A stretch of DNA of 64,000 nucleotides, from assembly GCA_040390065.1 (NCBI GenBank), contig JAZJZE010000009.1, positions 32,001 to 96,000 of the forward strand. Reading direction: 5' to 3'. Of this stretch, positions 45,330 to 55,321 are shown piece after piece (within the stretch, counting starts at the first letter, position 1; each line of letters starts with the position of its first letter). Below the pieces are notes generated by a model that saw only the letters and a list, made by a program, of their open reading frames with translations, was not told the DNA's origin and did no database searches. Made by a program: the position numbers and the translations under genes. The stretch comes from a bacterium (lineage in GTDB: Archaea; Thermoplasmatota; E2; JACPAO01; JAHFTW01).

Positions 45330-47771
45330 TTACTGGCGACGGCGGGCGACGACGACCACCAGGAGGGCCAGGAGGGCCGCGGCGCCGACGATTCCAGCAA
45401 GGACGCCAAGCCAGCCGGAAGCGCCGGCGACCGGGGCCGACAGCGCTGTGTCCGTCTTGTCGAGGGGGCGCGAGGCGTCGGGCTGAGCGGCATCCGGCAT
45501 CGACATCGCGTCGCAAGCGTCGCCGACCTGGTTGCCGTCGCGGTCATCTTGGTTGGCGTTGGCCACGCGTGCACAGTTGTCCACGGCGTTCAGGACCTTG
45601 TCGCCATCCACGTCGGAGTCGCAGGCATCGCCGAGGCCGTTGCCGTCGAGGTCGCTCTGCTCGGCGTTCGGCGTCGTCGGACAGTTGTCTGCCGCGTTGA
45701 GCACGCCGTCATTGTCAGCATCCTTGTCGCAGGAATCGCCCATCTCGTCCAGGTCCGTGTCGTTCTGCGCCGAGTTGGCGACGAAGACACAGTTGTCCAG
45801 GGCATTGCGGATGCCATCGCCGTCGGCATCGTCGCCGGCGATCGCGTCATCGACGCCGTCATGCGGCGGGCGCTGAGCGTGGCCGTTGTCCTCGGAGATG
45901 GTGGGTTGGATGCAGACCTCGCCCTGGGTGGCGGCGACTTGCTGTGTTGCCGTGTCCGTGAAGCCGTTGGCGTCGGTCGCGGTCTCCGTGACGGTGTAGT
46001 CGCCGGCCGCTCCGTAGGTGTGCACAGGGTTCTGGTCCGTGCTCGAACCGCCATCGCCGAAGGTCCAGGAGTACATCGTGTACGGCGGGGTGCCGCCCGA
46101 CGTCGAGTCGGTGAACTGGATGGGGTGGACGCCGCAGCCGCTGTTGGCGGGGGTCCACTTGAAGTCCACGACGAAGGCCGGCGGCGGCAGGGCGGGCGAT
46201 CCGCCGCTGTCGTACCAGTAGCCGGACACCGCCGCAAGGCCCAGCAGTTGAACGGACGCGGGCCCGCTGGTCAAGACGTGGTGCTGGCCGCCCGTGGTGC
46301 TCGTGTCGACCGGGGTCGTGCAGCCGAAGCCTGTGCTGCCAATCACCCGCGTCATCGAGCTGGGCACGGCGGCGCCGTTGTCGAGGATGGACGTGCCAAG
46401 AGGGGCGCCGATGTAGATGTGGTTCTCGTAGCCGGGGAAGGCGTACATCCAGTGGTCCTGGAGGGCGTGCTCCATGGGCGTCACGGCGACGTCCGCGGGG
46501 GCGCCCCACGTGAAGAACGTGTACTGTGCGCTGGCGACGGGGTTGGCGCCCGCGGCGAGCGTGTCGACGTTGACGTCGAGGTAGTCCATGACCAGGATTG
46601 GGGCCGAGGACGTGACGACGGTGTCCGCGTCGAGGTAGAACTGCGACCAGGCGGTGGACGTGACGGTTGCGCTGATGATGGACGGCGCCGCGCCGAAGCT
46701 GGGGCGCACCGGAGACGAGAAGAACACCGTCGCGGTGGCCCCCGTTGCCTGGATGCGCAGGAAGTCCATCTGGCTGGTCGGGCCACTCATGTTGCCGGCG
46801 CAGATGACGTACGTGAAGCCGGCGGCGCTGTCGGGCAGCATCTGCTCGTTGATGATGTTGCAGTTGCCGCCGTCGCCGTTGTTCCAGCAGCCGGTGCCGG
46901 CGAAGACCGCGACGGCGTGGCTCGCCGTGATGCGCGAACCCGTCAAGTCGTAGGTGAAGCAGGGGGCGCCGCTGCCACCCAGGATGAACCATGGCACGAA
47001 GGCCGGGACGCAGTCGGGGTTGCCAAGGTTGCCGGATTCGACGTGCAGCGCCTGGCCGCGGTTGAGGGTGAAGACGTGCGTGGTGCTGGCAATCATGGCG
47101 GGGATCTGGTCCGGGGCCGCGCAAGGGCCGCCCGCGGTGGGGCATCCCGCGCTGGCTGCGGTGTCCGCACTAGGGGTCACGGTGACCTGCGTGTTGTCCT
47201 TGGTGGCGATGACGGTGAAGTAGTTCGGGTTGGGCGGGTAGTAGACGCCGCCGGTCGACTCGTCGTTGGCGGCCGTGAAGACCCAGTAGGTCGTGCCGAG
47301 CTGCGAGCGCTCCAGGGCGTGGGACGCATCGGCGCCGCCGCCATTTGCTCCGGGGGCAAGGCCGCCGGCCGCTGCGGTCAACTGGTGGACCTCGGACGGC
47401 TGCACGGTCTGGACGAAGTAGACGCCCGTGTTGCTGATCTGGCTGCCCTGAAGATAGTCGTTGAACTGCAGGGTGCCGACGGCGCCAGGGCTCACGGGAA
47501 ACGTGGAGACGGCCGTGGTCGCGCCCGCCGTGACCTTGTTGAGCGTGACGGTGTCAAGGGCGGTCCCGACGTTGGTGACGGCAAGCGAGGTACTGACGCT
47601 GACGGGCGGGCCCGGGGTGCAGACCAGGCTGCACAGGCTTCCGCCCGTGTCCGGCAGGCCGACGACCCAGTACTCGTTTGCGTCGGCGTGGTGCGGCATG
47701 GCGACCAGCAAGGCCGCGATGCCCAATCCAAACGTCAGCAATCCAGCAACGCGCAAGCTCCCGCACTCCAT
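45330..47771 (-). CDS. Surface protein with IgGFc-binding-like, PKD and TSP3 domains (paralog 2)
   Basis: Same architecture and PTISEDNG...RPPHDGVD linker. Confidence 0.85.
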   Translation of the reverse strand: MECGSLRVAGLLTFGLGIAALLVAMPHHADANEYWVVGLPDTGGSLCSLVCTPGPPVSVSTSLAVTNVGTALDTVTLNKVTAGATTAVSTFPVSPGAVGTLQFNDYLQGSQISNTGVYFVQTVQPSEVHQLTAAAGGLAPGANGGGADASHALERSQLGTTYWVFTAANDESTGGVYYPPNPNYFTVIATKDNTQVTVTPSADTAASAGCPTAGGPCAAPDQIPAMIASTTHVFTLNRGQALHVESGNLGNPDCVPAFVPWFILGGSGAPCFTYDLTGSRITASHAVAVFAGTGCWNNGDGGNCNIINEQMLPDSAAGFTYVICAGNMSGPTSQMDFLRIQATGATATVFFSSPVRPSFGAAPSIISATVTSTAWSQFYLDADTVVTSSAPILVMDYLDVNVDTLAAGANPVASAQYTFFTWGAPADVAVTPMEHALQDHWMYAFPGYENHIYIGAPLGTSILDNGAAVPSSMTRVIGSTGFGCTTPVDTSTTGGQHHVLTSGPASVQLLGLAAVSGYWYDSGGSPALPPPAFVVDFKWTPANSGCGVHPIQFTDSTSGGTPPYTMYSWTFGDGGSSTDQNPVHTYGAAGDYTVTETATDANGFTDTATQQVAATQGEVCIQPTISEDNGHAQRPPHDGVDDAIAGDDADGDGIRNALDNCVFVANSAQNDTDLDEMGDSCDKDADNDGVLNAADNCPTTPNAEQSDLDGNGLGDACDSDVDGDKVLNAVDNCARVANANQDDRDGNQVGDACDAMSMPDAAQPDASRPLDKTDTALSAPVAGASGWLGVLAGIVGAAALLALLVVVVARRRQ

Positions 47772-47930
47772 GACAACCGAGAGGTCCACTTACGGGGAAG
47801 TATGAAAGGATTGTCGTTGGTAAGTGATAGTAAAGGAACGGTCTAGGCCAATCATGTAGAGGCATCTTTTCGGCCTCCAAACGAGGACCGGTTCGACCCT
47901 CCAGACTGGCCGGTTTCCAGGGATGACCGG

Positions 47931-50291
47931 CTAGTTCCGTGCCCGCCGGACGACGACGAGCATGACCAAGGCCAGGACGAGCACGGCAAGACCGGCGGCG
48001 GCCACGACGGCCATCCAGCCCGCCTGGGCACCATGCGGGGCGGAGAGCGAGGCGGGCGTGGCATCGAGCGGCCTGGAGCCTTGGAGCGCGGCGGCGGCAC
48101 CGACCGTCCGGTCGTCGCACGCGTCGCCCTGCTGGTCGCCGTCCGTGTCGACTTGCTCGGCGTTTGGCACCATGACGCAGTTGTCCGCGGCGTTCAGGAC
48201 CTTGTCCCCGTCGATGTCGAGGTCGCAAGCGTCGCCCATGCCGTTGCCGTCCTGGTCGGTCTGGTCCGCATTCGGCGCGGTCGGGCAGTTATCTGCCGCG
48301 TTGAGGATGCCGTCGTTGTCCGCGTCCTTGTCGCAGGCATCGCCGATGTGGTCGAGGTCGGCGTCGTCCTGGGCGGCGTTGGCTACGAAGACGCAGTCGT
48401 CGACCGCGTTGAGGATGCCGTCGCCGTCGGCGTCTGCCCCTGCGATGGCGGGATCGACGCCGTCATGCGGCGGCCGCGGCGCGTGGCCGTTGTCCTCCGA
48501 GATGGTCGGGCCCATGCAGACGCCGCCGTCGACGACGGAGACAATCTGCGTGGACGAGGAGGGAAGGTCGTTGTCGTCCGTGACGGTCAGGGTGACGGCA
48601 TAGTCGCCGGGGGCGCCGTACTGGTGCGTCGGGTTCTGGTCCGTACTGGTCCCGCCGTCGCCGAAGTTCCAGAACCAAGACGTGATGGGCACGTCGCCAT
48701 CGGTGGACGTGTCCTTGAACGAGACGGGCTGCATGCCGCACCCGCTTCCCGGCGTGCCCTTGAACGACGCCGTCGGCCCGACGGGCGGCGGGATCACGCT
48801 CGGCGGCGAGCCGATGTCGTACAGGTATGCGCCGTCCAGGCCCTCTCCTGTCACTTGCGCCGTGAGGCGGCCACCCGTCATGTCCTCGAGATGGTATGTG
48901 CCGCCGGTCGCTGGGTCCAGAAGCGCCGTGGTGCAGGAGAAGTTCGTGGCGCCGATGGGCCGGGCTCCCGTCATGAGGGCGCCGTTGAGGTGCAGGACGG
49001 CGATGTTGGAGTGTGCGATGTTGATGTAATTGTAGAACGTCTCGGCCGTGGAGAAGTCGTGGACCGGCGTGCCCTTGTCGATGGGGCGGATCTCCGTCTC
49101 GGCCGGGTCGCCGTAGCCCTGCTGCGGGTAGTAGTAGCCGATGGTGTTGGCCGGGATCTTGATGCCGGCCCCCGGGATGTTCATCGTCGCCCAGGCCATG
49201 AACTGCAGGATGTGGATGGGCTGGTCCGACGTCACGACCGTGTCGGCCTTCATGTAGAACGTCGTCCACGCCGTCGACGAGACGGTGGCCGTCGTCGTGG
49301 CGGCGCTGTACGCCGGTCGGAACGGCGAATAGTCCGTTGGTCCAGGCTGCGTCGCCACGGGCACCGCGAAGTTGATGGTCGCCGTTCCCGCGACGGAGCG
49401 AATCATGATCATGTCGAGTTGGCCGTAGTTGCTGGCCACTGAACTGCAAAGGGCAAACGTGTTGCCCATCGAGTTGTCCGGCAGTTGCTGGGTGAAGATG
49501 ATGTCACCGCGCTGGTCCTCGATGAGGGCTCCATTGTTGCCGGCGAAGACCGCCACACCGGTCGTGGCCACGATGCGCGTGCCGGCGAAGTTGCAGTTTG
49601 CGCCACCGAGGTGGAACAGGTTCTGCGCAGCCGCCGATTCGACGTGCAGGACTTCGCCGCGGTTGACCGTGAACGTTGTGGGGCTGACCATCGTCGGCAC
49701 CTGGCCGGGCACGACGCTCGGGGAGTTGGGACAGACGGGGTAGACCGTCACTTGCGTGTTCATCTTGATGGACACGACGTCGAAGAAACTCATGTCCTGC
49801 GCGTAGCCGTTGATGGACCCGCCGACGGGGTCCTTCCATGCGCCGATCGTGTACGTCGTTCCGAGCTCCTGCTCGGGCAGCAGGCGCGTGCCGTCCATGG
49901 ACTTGGTGGACGAGTCGGCGGGGTCGATCTGCCAGACGTTGTACTCGTTGCCGCCTGGAGTCGTGATCCAGTACACGGACTGGCTGCTGATTTGGCTGCC
50001 CTGCAGTTGGTCGTTGTAGTTGAAAATCCCGGTCGTGCCGGTCGGGATGACCAGCGCCTGCGTCGGCGTCGGCGAAAGGATGCTGCCGAAGGTCACGAGC
50101 CCCGTGGGGCCCGCGTTCGTGACCAACACGTTGGTGGTCGCCTGCGGGGGACCGATGAGGGCGCTCGTCGACGGGACGCCAATCGTCCAGTACGTGTTGG
50201 CCGACGCGTGGTGGGACAGCGCCAGAAGCGCGAGCCCGGCGCCGGCGACGGCGATGACCGCAAAAAGTGCATGATTGCCCTTGACCACCAT
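47931..50291 (-). CDS. Surface protein with IgGFc-binding-like, PKD and TSP3 domains (paralog 3)
   Basis: Same architecture and linker. Confidence 0.85.
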   Translation of the reverse strand: MVVKGNHALFAVIAVAGAGLALLALSHHASANTYWTIGVPSTSALIGPPQATTNVLVTNAGPTGLVTFGSILSPTPTQALVIPTGTTGIFNYNDQLQGSQISSQSVYWITTPGGNEYNVWQIDPADSSTKSMDGTRLLPEQELGTTYTIGAWKDPVGGSINGYAQDMSFFDVVSIKMNTQVTVYPVCPNSPSVVPGQVPTMVSPTTFTVNRGEVLHVESAAAQNLFHLGGANCNFAGTRIVATTGVAVFAGNNGALIEDQRGDIIFTQQLPDNSMGNTFALCSSVASNYGQLDMIMIRSVAGTATINFAVPVATQPGPTDYSPFRPAYSAATTTATVSSTAWTTFYMKADTVVTSDQPIHILQFMAWATMNIPGAGIKIPANTIGYYYPQQGYGDPAETEIRPIDKGTPVHDFSTAETFYNYINIAHSNIAVLHLNGALMTGARPIGATNFSCTTALLDPATGGTYHLEDMTGGRLTAQVTGEGLDGAYLYDIGSPPSVIPPPVGPTASFKGTPGSGCGMQPVSFKDTSTDGDVPITSWFWNFGDGGTSTDQNPTHQYGAPGDYAVTLTVTDDNDLPSSSTQIVSVVDGGVCMGPTISEDNGHAPRPPHDGVDPAIAGADADGDGILNAVDDCVFVANAAQDDADLDHIGDACDKDADNDGILNAADNCPTAPNADQTDQDGNGMGDACDLDIDGDKVLNAADNCVMVPNAEQVDTDGDQQGDACDDRTVGAAAALQGSRPLDATPASLSAPHGAQAGWMAVVAAAGLAVLVLALVMLVVVRRARN

Positions 50292-50319
50292 GGGAATCGC
50301 AGGTTGACCACCCTGGCGC

Positions 50320-50341
50320 TATATAGGGATTCTCCTGCAAT
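50320..50341 (-). promoter_or_regulatory. Conserved promoter motif TTGCAGGAGAATCCCTATATA
   Basis: Matches 45292-45313. Confidence 0.7.
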
Positions 50342-50405
50342 CACGACGTTTCCGCCCGGTCGAATTGCCAATGTCGCAGCAAGCTTGGCCGTCGCGTCGT
50401 CACGC

Positions 50406-50873
50406 CTACAGGTGCTTGCGGACTTCGTCCACGCCAACCCAAACCGTGGGGTCCTCCGACTTGGACGTCCACGTCACAGTCCCGTCCCCGCCGACGACCA
50501 TGACGCCACGCTTTGCGACGTTGTGGATGCCAGCCACCGTCGTCGACTCCCAGATCTTGCCCAGGACCTCGCGGTTCGGGTCGGAGAAGATGCCGTGCTC
50601 GAGGTTGTGCATCTTGGCGAACTGCACGTTGCCGTGCTGCGAATCCGTGCTGAAGCCGTACACGGCCACGCCGAGGCCCTTGAAGGCCGCGAGGTTGTCC
50701 CGGACCTCGCACATCTCCTTCGTGCACACCCCGGAAAACGCGATCGGGAAGAACGCGAGGACGACAGGCTTGCCGGCTGCGACCTTCGAGAAGGTGGCAT
50801 CCGCGTGCCCCTCCTTGGTTGCGAGTTTGAGCGTGAAATCGGGGAGCTTGGAGCCGACTGCGGGGATGGCCAT
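50406..50873 (-). CDS. Peroxiredoxin (AhpC/TSA family)
   Basis: FFPIAFSGVCTKE peroxidatic motif, SDPNRE, AKRG. Confidence 0.9.
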   Translation of the reverse strand: MAIPAVGSKLPDFTLKLATKEGHADATFSKVAAGKPVVLAFFPIAFSGVCTKEMCEVRDNLAAFKGLGVAVYGFSTDSQHGNVQFAKMHNLEHGIFSDPNREVLGKIWESTTVAGIHNVAKRGVMVVGGDGTVTWTSKSEDPTVWVGVDEVRKHL

Positions 50874-50959
50874 GGGGGCGGCGAGAGGCAGGCCGTACAA
50901 AATCGCGACGACGCTTCGACGCCGATCTTTTAGGCCAGCCCAACGACCCATTCGCGCTG

Positions 50960-51381
50960 TCCTGCGACGGCGGCGGAACACGGATTGCGACGAATCCGTC
51001 ATGACACGCGCGTAGGCCCCCGGTCGGGGCGAGCTGGTATTGCGAGCGCCTCGGCGCGAGCATGCCGGGGGTCGCCGGGGCCGGCAGGCCCCCCGGCGGG
51101 GGGAAACGGGCGGGGGGCCGCAGCCCTCCGCCGCGATGTCGCGAGGCGAAGCCGAGGCAGGACATCGCAAATGATCGACCTGTTTTCAGGTCGCGCGAGG
51201 GCCGCCGGGGGGCCTGAAAGACCACGAAGCCACCGAAAAACCCGGAAAGCGATGTTTCCAGTCTTCGGCAACTTCGTAGTATTTCAGGCAAGGGCAGCCT
51301 GGGAGAACAGGAGCCGAACGGAGAACAGGAACCCATTCCCGTTCTCTCCACTGGATTCCTGTTCTCCCAGGCCTCCCACAC
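50960..51381 (-). repeat. Structured intergenic repeat family B, copy 4
   Basis: Core hairpin, GCCTGAAA/TTTCAGGC module and GCTCGCCCCGACCGGGGGC, with an extra hairpin-rich insert. Confidence 0.88.
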
Positions 51382-51430
51382 TGGATCGAGCCGTTGCCGC
51401 CCGGACCACCGCCACCGATGCGAGAGGAGT

Positions 51431-52795
51431 TCAGGCGACGAGGCCGCGCAACTTCACGCATTCCGCCACGCGGCCGACGGCGACGACGTAGGCGGCCGTG
51501 CGCATGTCGACCTTGTGCTTGGCGGACGCATCGTGCACGGCGTGGAAGGCGCTCGTCATCTTCGCGTCGAGCTTCTGGTACACCTCGGAAGCCGGCCAGT
51601 AGTAGCCGTACAGGTTCTGCACCCACTCGAAGTAGGAGACCGTGACGCCGCCGGAGTTGGCGAGGAAGTCCGGGATGTCCAGGACACCGTTCGTGTGCAG
51701 GATGACGTCGGCCTCCGGTGTCGTGGGGCCGTTGGCGAGTTCGAGGACGATCTTGGCCTTGACGTTGTTGGCGTTGCCGCCGTGGATCTGGTTCTCGATG
51801 CCGGCGGGGATGAGCACGTCGACCTTCAGTTCCAGGAGTTCCTCGTTCGTGATCTTCTTCGAGCCGGGGAAGTTGCCGACGTGGCCCTTGCGTTGCTTGA
51901 AGTCGTGCACCGCGGCGTAGTCGAGGCCCTTGGCGTTGTAGATGCCGCCCTTGGAGTCGGAGACGGCGACGACCTTCGCGCCGAACATCTCGGTCACGAG
52001 CTTGTGGGCGAAGTCGCCGGCGTTTCCGTAGCCTTGGATGGCGACGGTGGCGCCCCTGAGGTTGAGTTTCTTCGCCTTGGCCGCTTCGCGCAGGTGGTAC
52101 ATGCCGCCCTTCGCGGTGGCATCGCCGCGGCCGGCCGAGCCGCCGAGGGCCAGGGGCTTGCCCGTGATGAAGCCGGGTTCGTTGGCGCCGTGGATGACCG
52201 ACATCTCGTCCATCATCCACGCCATGATCTGCGGTGTGGTGTACACGTCCGGCGCGGGGACGTCCTTGTACGTGCCAACAATCTGGGCCACGGCGCGCAC
52301 CCAGCCGCGGCTCAGGCGCTCGAGTTCACGCGGACTCATCTTCTTCGGGTCGCAGATGACGCCGCCTTTGCCGCCGCCGTACGGGATGTCGGCGACGGCG
52401 CACTTCCACGTCATCCACGCGGCCAGCGCGCGGACGGTGTCGGCGGTCTCGTCGGGGTGGAAGCGGATGCCGCCCTTCGTCGGGCCACGCGCATCATTGT
52501 ACTGGCAGCGGAAACCCGTGAACGTCTTGGTGCGGCCGTTGTCCATGCGCACGGGGATGCGCACTTGCAGGAAACGCTGCGGCTCGGACAAGTACTCGTG
52601 CATCGCCTTGTCGAGGCCCATGACCTTTGCCGCCTTGGCGAGTTGCGACTGCGCGATCTTGAAGGGGTTCAGTTCCTCGGGGGCGACGACGGCGGACTTG
52701 CGTGCGCCCTGCATGGCGACGTCGGCGGTGGCCTTTCCGCTGGAGCCGTTCTTGACGGCGGGCTTCTTCACTTGGACAGTCGTGGTTCGGGCCAT
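51431..52795 (-). CDS. gdhA: Glutamate dehydrogenase
   Basis: [32 protein letters not shown] motifs. Confidence 0.96.
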   Translation of the reverse strand: MARTTTVQVKKPAVKNGSSGKATADVAMQGARKSAVVAPEELNPFKIAQSQLAKAAKVMGLDKAMHEYLSEPQRFLQVRIPVRMDNGRTKTFTGFRCQYNDARGPTKGGIRFHPDETADTVRALAAWMTWKCAVADIPYGGGKGGVICDPKKMSPRELERLSRGWVRAVAQIVGTYKDVPAPDVYTTPQIMAWMMDEMSVIHGANEPGFITGKPLALGGSAGRGDATAKGGMYHLREAAKAKKLNLRGATVAIQGYGNAGDFAHKLVTEMFGAKVVAVSDSKGGIYNAKGLDYAAVHDFKQRKGHVGNFPGSKKITNEELLELKVDVLIPAGIENQIHGGNANNVKAKIVLELANGPTTPEADVILHTNGVLDIPDFLANSGGVTVSYFEWVQNLYGYYWPASEVYQKLDAKMTSAFHAVHDASAKHKVDMRTAAYVVAVGRVAECVKLRGLVA

Positions 52796-52910
52796 GAAGG
52801 ACACCCCGAGAAGGGTGTGCGGCGATGTTGGGTCCAGCACGTAAAGGAATCGATTGAGCCGAGGAGACGGAACAAATCCGTGTTCCCGCCCGGTCTGCGG
52901 ATGCGGCACC

Positions 52911-53270
52911 GGTCGCGCGAAGCAGAGCCAACGACCGGCCACGCCGACCTCCGACGGCGGCGCGGGCAACGAGGTGGCCGCGTGGCTGGGCGTGGGGGGC
53001 TTGGGAGAACCGCAATCAAGTGGAGAGAAGGGGAATGGGTTGCGGTTCTCCGTAGGTCTCCGGTTCTGCCAGGCCGCCCCCGCCTGACCATGCGGTTACA
53101 ACCGTCGTGCCAGGGCCCCCGGCGGCCCCAGCCATCGCTTCGCTCGGCTTGCCACGCCCTCGCTCTGCGCGCTTCGCGACGCATTCGCTCGCCCCGACCG
53201 GGGGCGCTCCGCTTCGCCATCTTGGATTCCCACATGGAACTCGCCGGCGTCGGAGGCAGACGAATCCCTC
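52911..53270 (+). repeat. Structured intergenic repeat family B, copy 5
   Basis: Core with compensatory changes: GGAGAACCGCAATC / GGTTGCGGTTCTCC. Confidence 0.9.
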
Positions 53271-53411
53271 ACCCAGCGTGGACAAGCAGGTTGGCACGCA
53301 TGCGGGCCCAGCCGTCAACCCCTTGAGCGGGTATTCCGCGGCGTATCGGTTGCATCTGTTGACCGGTCGGCTTCGTGACGCCGCGGAACCGGCCTGCCCT
53401 TCCCCTTCCGT

Positions 53412-53861
53412 CTAGTCCTCGAGCCGCGGCGCGAACCCTTCTTTCACGACGTTCAGCACCAGTCGCGTGCGCGTCTCCTTGACGTGTTTGTGCTGCAGCG
53501 TGCCCTTGACGAAGCGGTCGAGGTCGGGCGTGTCCTTGAATTTCCCGACGAAGACGGTGTCCATCTCGCCGGTGACGTCGTAGACGGCGACGATGTGCGG
53601 GTCTTTGGCGAGTTCCTGTTGCACTTCGCTGAGGTGGCCGCCGGCGATCTTCATCTCGATCAAGGCGCAGATGCCGAAGCCCAGTTTCTGCGCGTCCACC
53701 TCGGGCAGGAAGCGTTTGATGATGCCGGACTCGCGCAGGCGCTTGATGCGGTTGTGCACGGTGCCGACCGTCGTCCCGGCTTGCGCCGCGATTTCGCGGA
53801 AGGGCGTGTGGGCGTCCTTCATGAGGATGCCCAGGATGCGGCGGTCCAGCGCGTCAATCAC
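53412..53861 (-). CDS. Lrp/AsnC transcriptional regulator
   Basis: LDRRIL, HTH TVHNRIKRL, YDVTGEMD. Confidence 0.93.
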   Translation of the reverse strand: MIDALDRRILGILMKDAHTPFREIAAQAGTTVGTVHNRIKRLRESGIIKRFLPEVDAQKLGFGICALIEMKIAGGHLSEVQQELAKDPHIVAVYDVTGEMDTVFVGKFKDTPDLDRFVKGTLQHKHVKETRTRLVLNVVKEGFAPRLED

Positions 53862-54017
53862 GGGTACGCTTCAAGCCTGAACATGGTTTAGAAAGCTGCC
53901 GCAACGATGCAACGGCGTCCAACGGTCTTGGCCTCCTGGATTCCTCCTGGGCCACGTGCAACCCGCCAGCCGTTTACCGGCAAGCCGCAAGTGACGGTGC
54001 AAGCCAAGACCGATGCG

Positions 54018-54165
54018 CGGCCACGTCAACCTCCGCCGGCGGCGCCGGCACCGAGGTGGCCGGGTGGCTGCGCGTGGGAGGCCTGTGAGAACAGGAATCT
54101 CGTGGACGGAAGGGGAATGGATTCCTGTTCTCCTATGGTCTCCGGTTCTCCCAGGCCGCCCACAC
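54018..54165 (+). repeat. Structured intergenic repeat family B, copy 6 (short)
   Basis: CGGCCAC..GTGGCCG module plus core hairpin only. Confidence 0.88.
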
Positions 54166-54184
54166 TTCGCACGGCGGCGCTGGA

Positions 54185-55141
54185 CTACGCCAATCTCTCG
54201 AACAAGTCCGCCACGAGGAGCGGCAACAGCACGGTCGCGTCGCCTTCGACGGTCTCCCAGACGGCGTCCTCCTTGACTTTTCCCCAACTCACGGCTTCGC
54301 GCACGCGGGCGCCGCTCAGGCTTCCATCCCATTCGGGTGCGCTCGTGATGTAGACGACGGTGTCGAGGCCGCCGCGGAACTGCGACCACCAGATGACGTG
54401 GTGCTTGGAGATGCCGCCGCCGATCATGAGGGAGCCCAGGCGTTTGGCGCCGAAGACGAAGTCGGAGAGTTCCTGCTCGTCCTTGAGGAGGTCGAAGCGG
54501 ATGTCGCGGTGCTGCTGGTACGTCATCCAGACCTGCGCGCCCACGGATCCGTCGGTCGGGCCCGGCACGAAGACTGGGATCTTGTTCTTCCACGCCCAGT
54601 ACAGGATGGATTCCTCGTGGTTCTCCTCGCGGCCGGCCCATTCGCCGAGTTTCGCGCAGAGTTCGCGCGTGCCGAAATGCTTGGCCCCGGATTGGTACCA
54701 CTCCTCCAAGAGCGGCCGGAGCTTCGCCTCGAGGACTTCGCCGTAGGACGTGTTGGGGACGAGGACGTTGCCGAGGCGGTTGACGCCGGCCTGGTGGAGT
54801 TGGCGGTCGTCCATTTCGAACGACCCGGAAAGGTACGGCTCCCACAGCCGGGCGAGGTCGTGGTCGAGGGTGCCGCACGTTGTGATGATGCAGTCGACGA
54901 GTTTGTGCTTCACGAGGTCACGGATGACGCCGCGCGTGCCCGTCGCGCAGAGCGCCGCCGGGAAACTGAGGATGACTTTCTCGTCCTTGTTGGCGACCAT
55001 GCGGTGCAGCATGTCCGAGGCGTCGGCGAGTTTCTTCGCCGTGAAGCCTCCGGCAGCCGACCACTGCTCCATGAGTTGGCGAACCCGCAGCGGCTTCGCA
55101 ACCGAGAGGTCCTTGACTTCCGGATGCGCAGACAGGTCCAC
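54185..55141 (-). CDS. dys: Deoxyhypusine synthase
   Basis: GVNRLGN, TDGSVG, GGGISKH, DGSLSGA..EAVSWGK; start uncertain. Confidence 0.95.
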   Translation of the reverse strand: MDLSAHPEVKDLSVAKPLRVRQLMEQWSAAGGFTAKKLADASDMLHRMVANKDEKVILSFPAALCATGTRGVIRDLVKHKLVDCIITTCGTLDHDLARLWEPYLSGSFEMDDRQLHQAGVNRLGNVLVPNTSYGEVLEAKLRPLLEEWYQSGAKHFGTRELCAKLGEWAGREENHEESILYWAWKNKIPVFVPGPTDGSVGAQVWMTYQQHRDIRFDLLKDEQELSDFVFGAKRLGSLMIGGGISKHHVIWWSQFRGGLDTVVYITSAPEWDGSLSGARVREAVSWGKVKEDAVWETVEGDATVLLPLLVADLFERLA

Positions 55142-55321
55142 GGCCGGGCGACGCCGGGGCAGGGTTTCAAGCTGTTGCGCGGTGGCCGGGTGCCACGGTG
55201 AATCCAATGCGCACCGATGCACCAATGTGAATCCGTGTCATGCCCGACCATGCATTGGGGTTGGATTCATTGGGCCGCATGGGAGCCGTCGGCTTTCCAT
55301 CGATTGCGAAGCAGGCGGCCA

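Noticed and set aside
52866-52885. GGAACA-N6-TGTTCC palindrome upstream of gdhA as an NrpR operator
   Set aside because: NrpR sites are GGAA-N6-TTCC, but here the spacing is N10; it could be another operator, but that is unsupported
52796-52969. N-terminal extensions of gdhA and other genes in the ORF track (50874-51170, 27767-28690)
   Set aside because: They are open frames running through repeat B or intergenic DNA; homology and start signals fit the downstream ATGs
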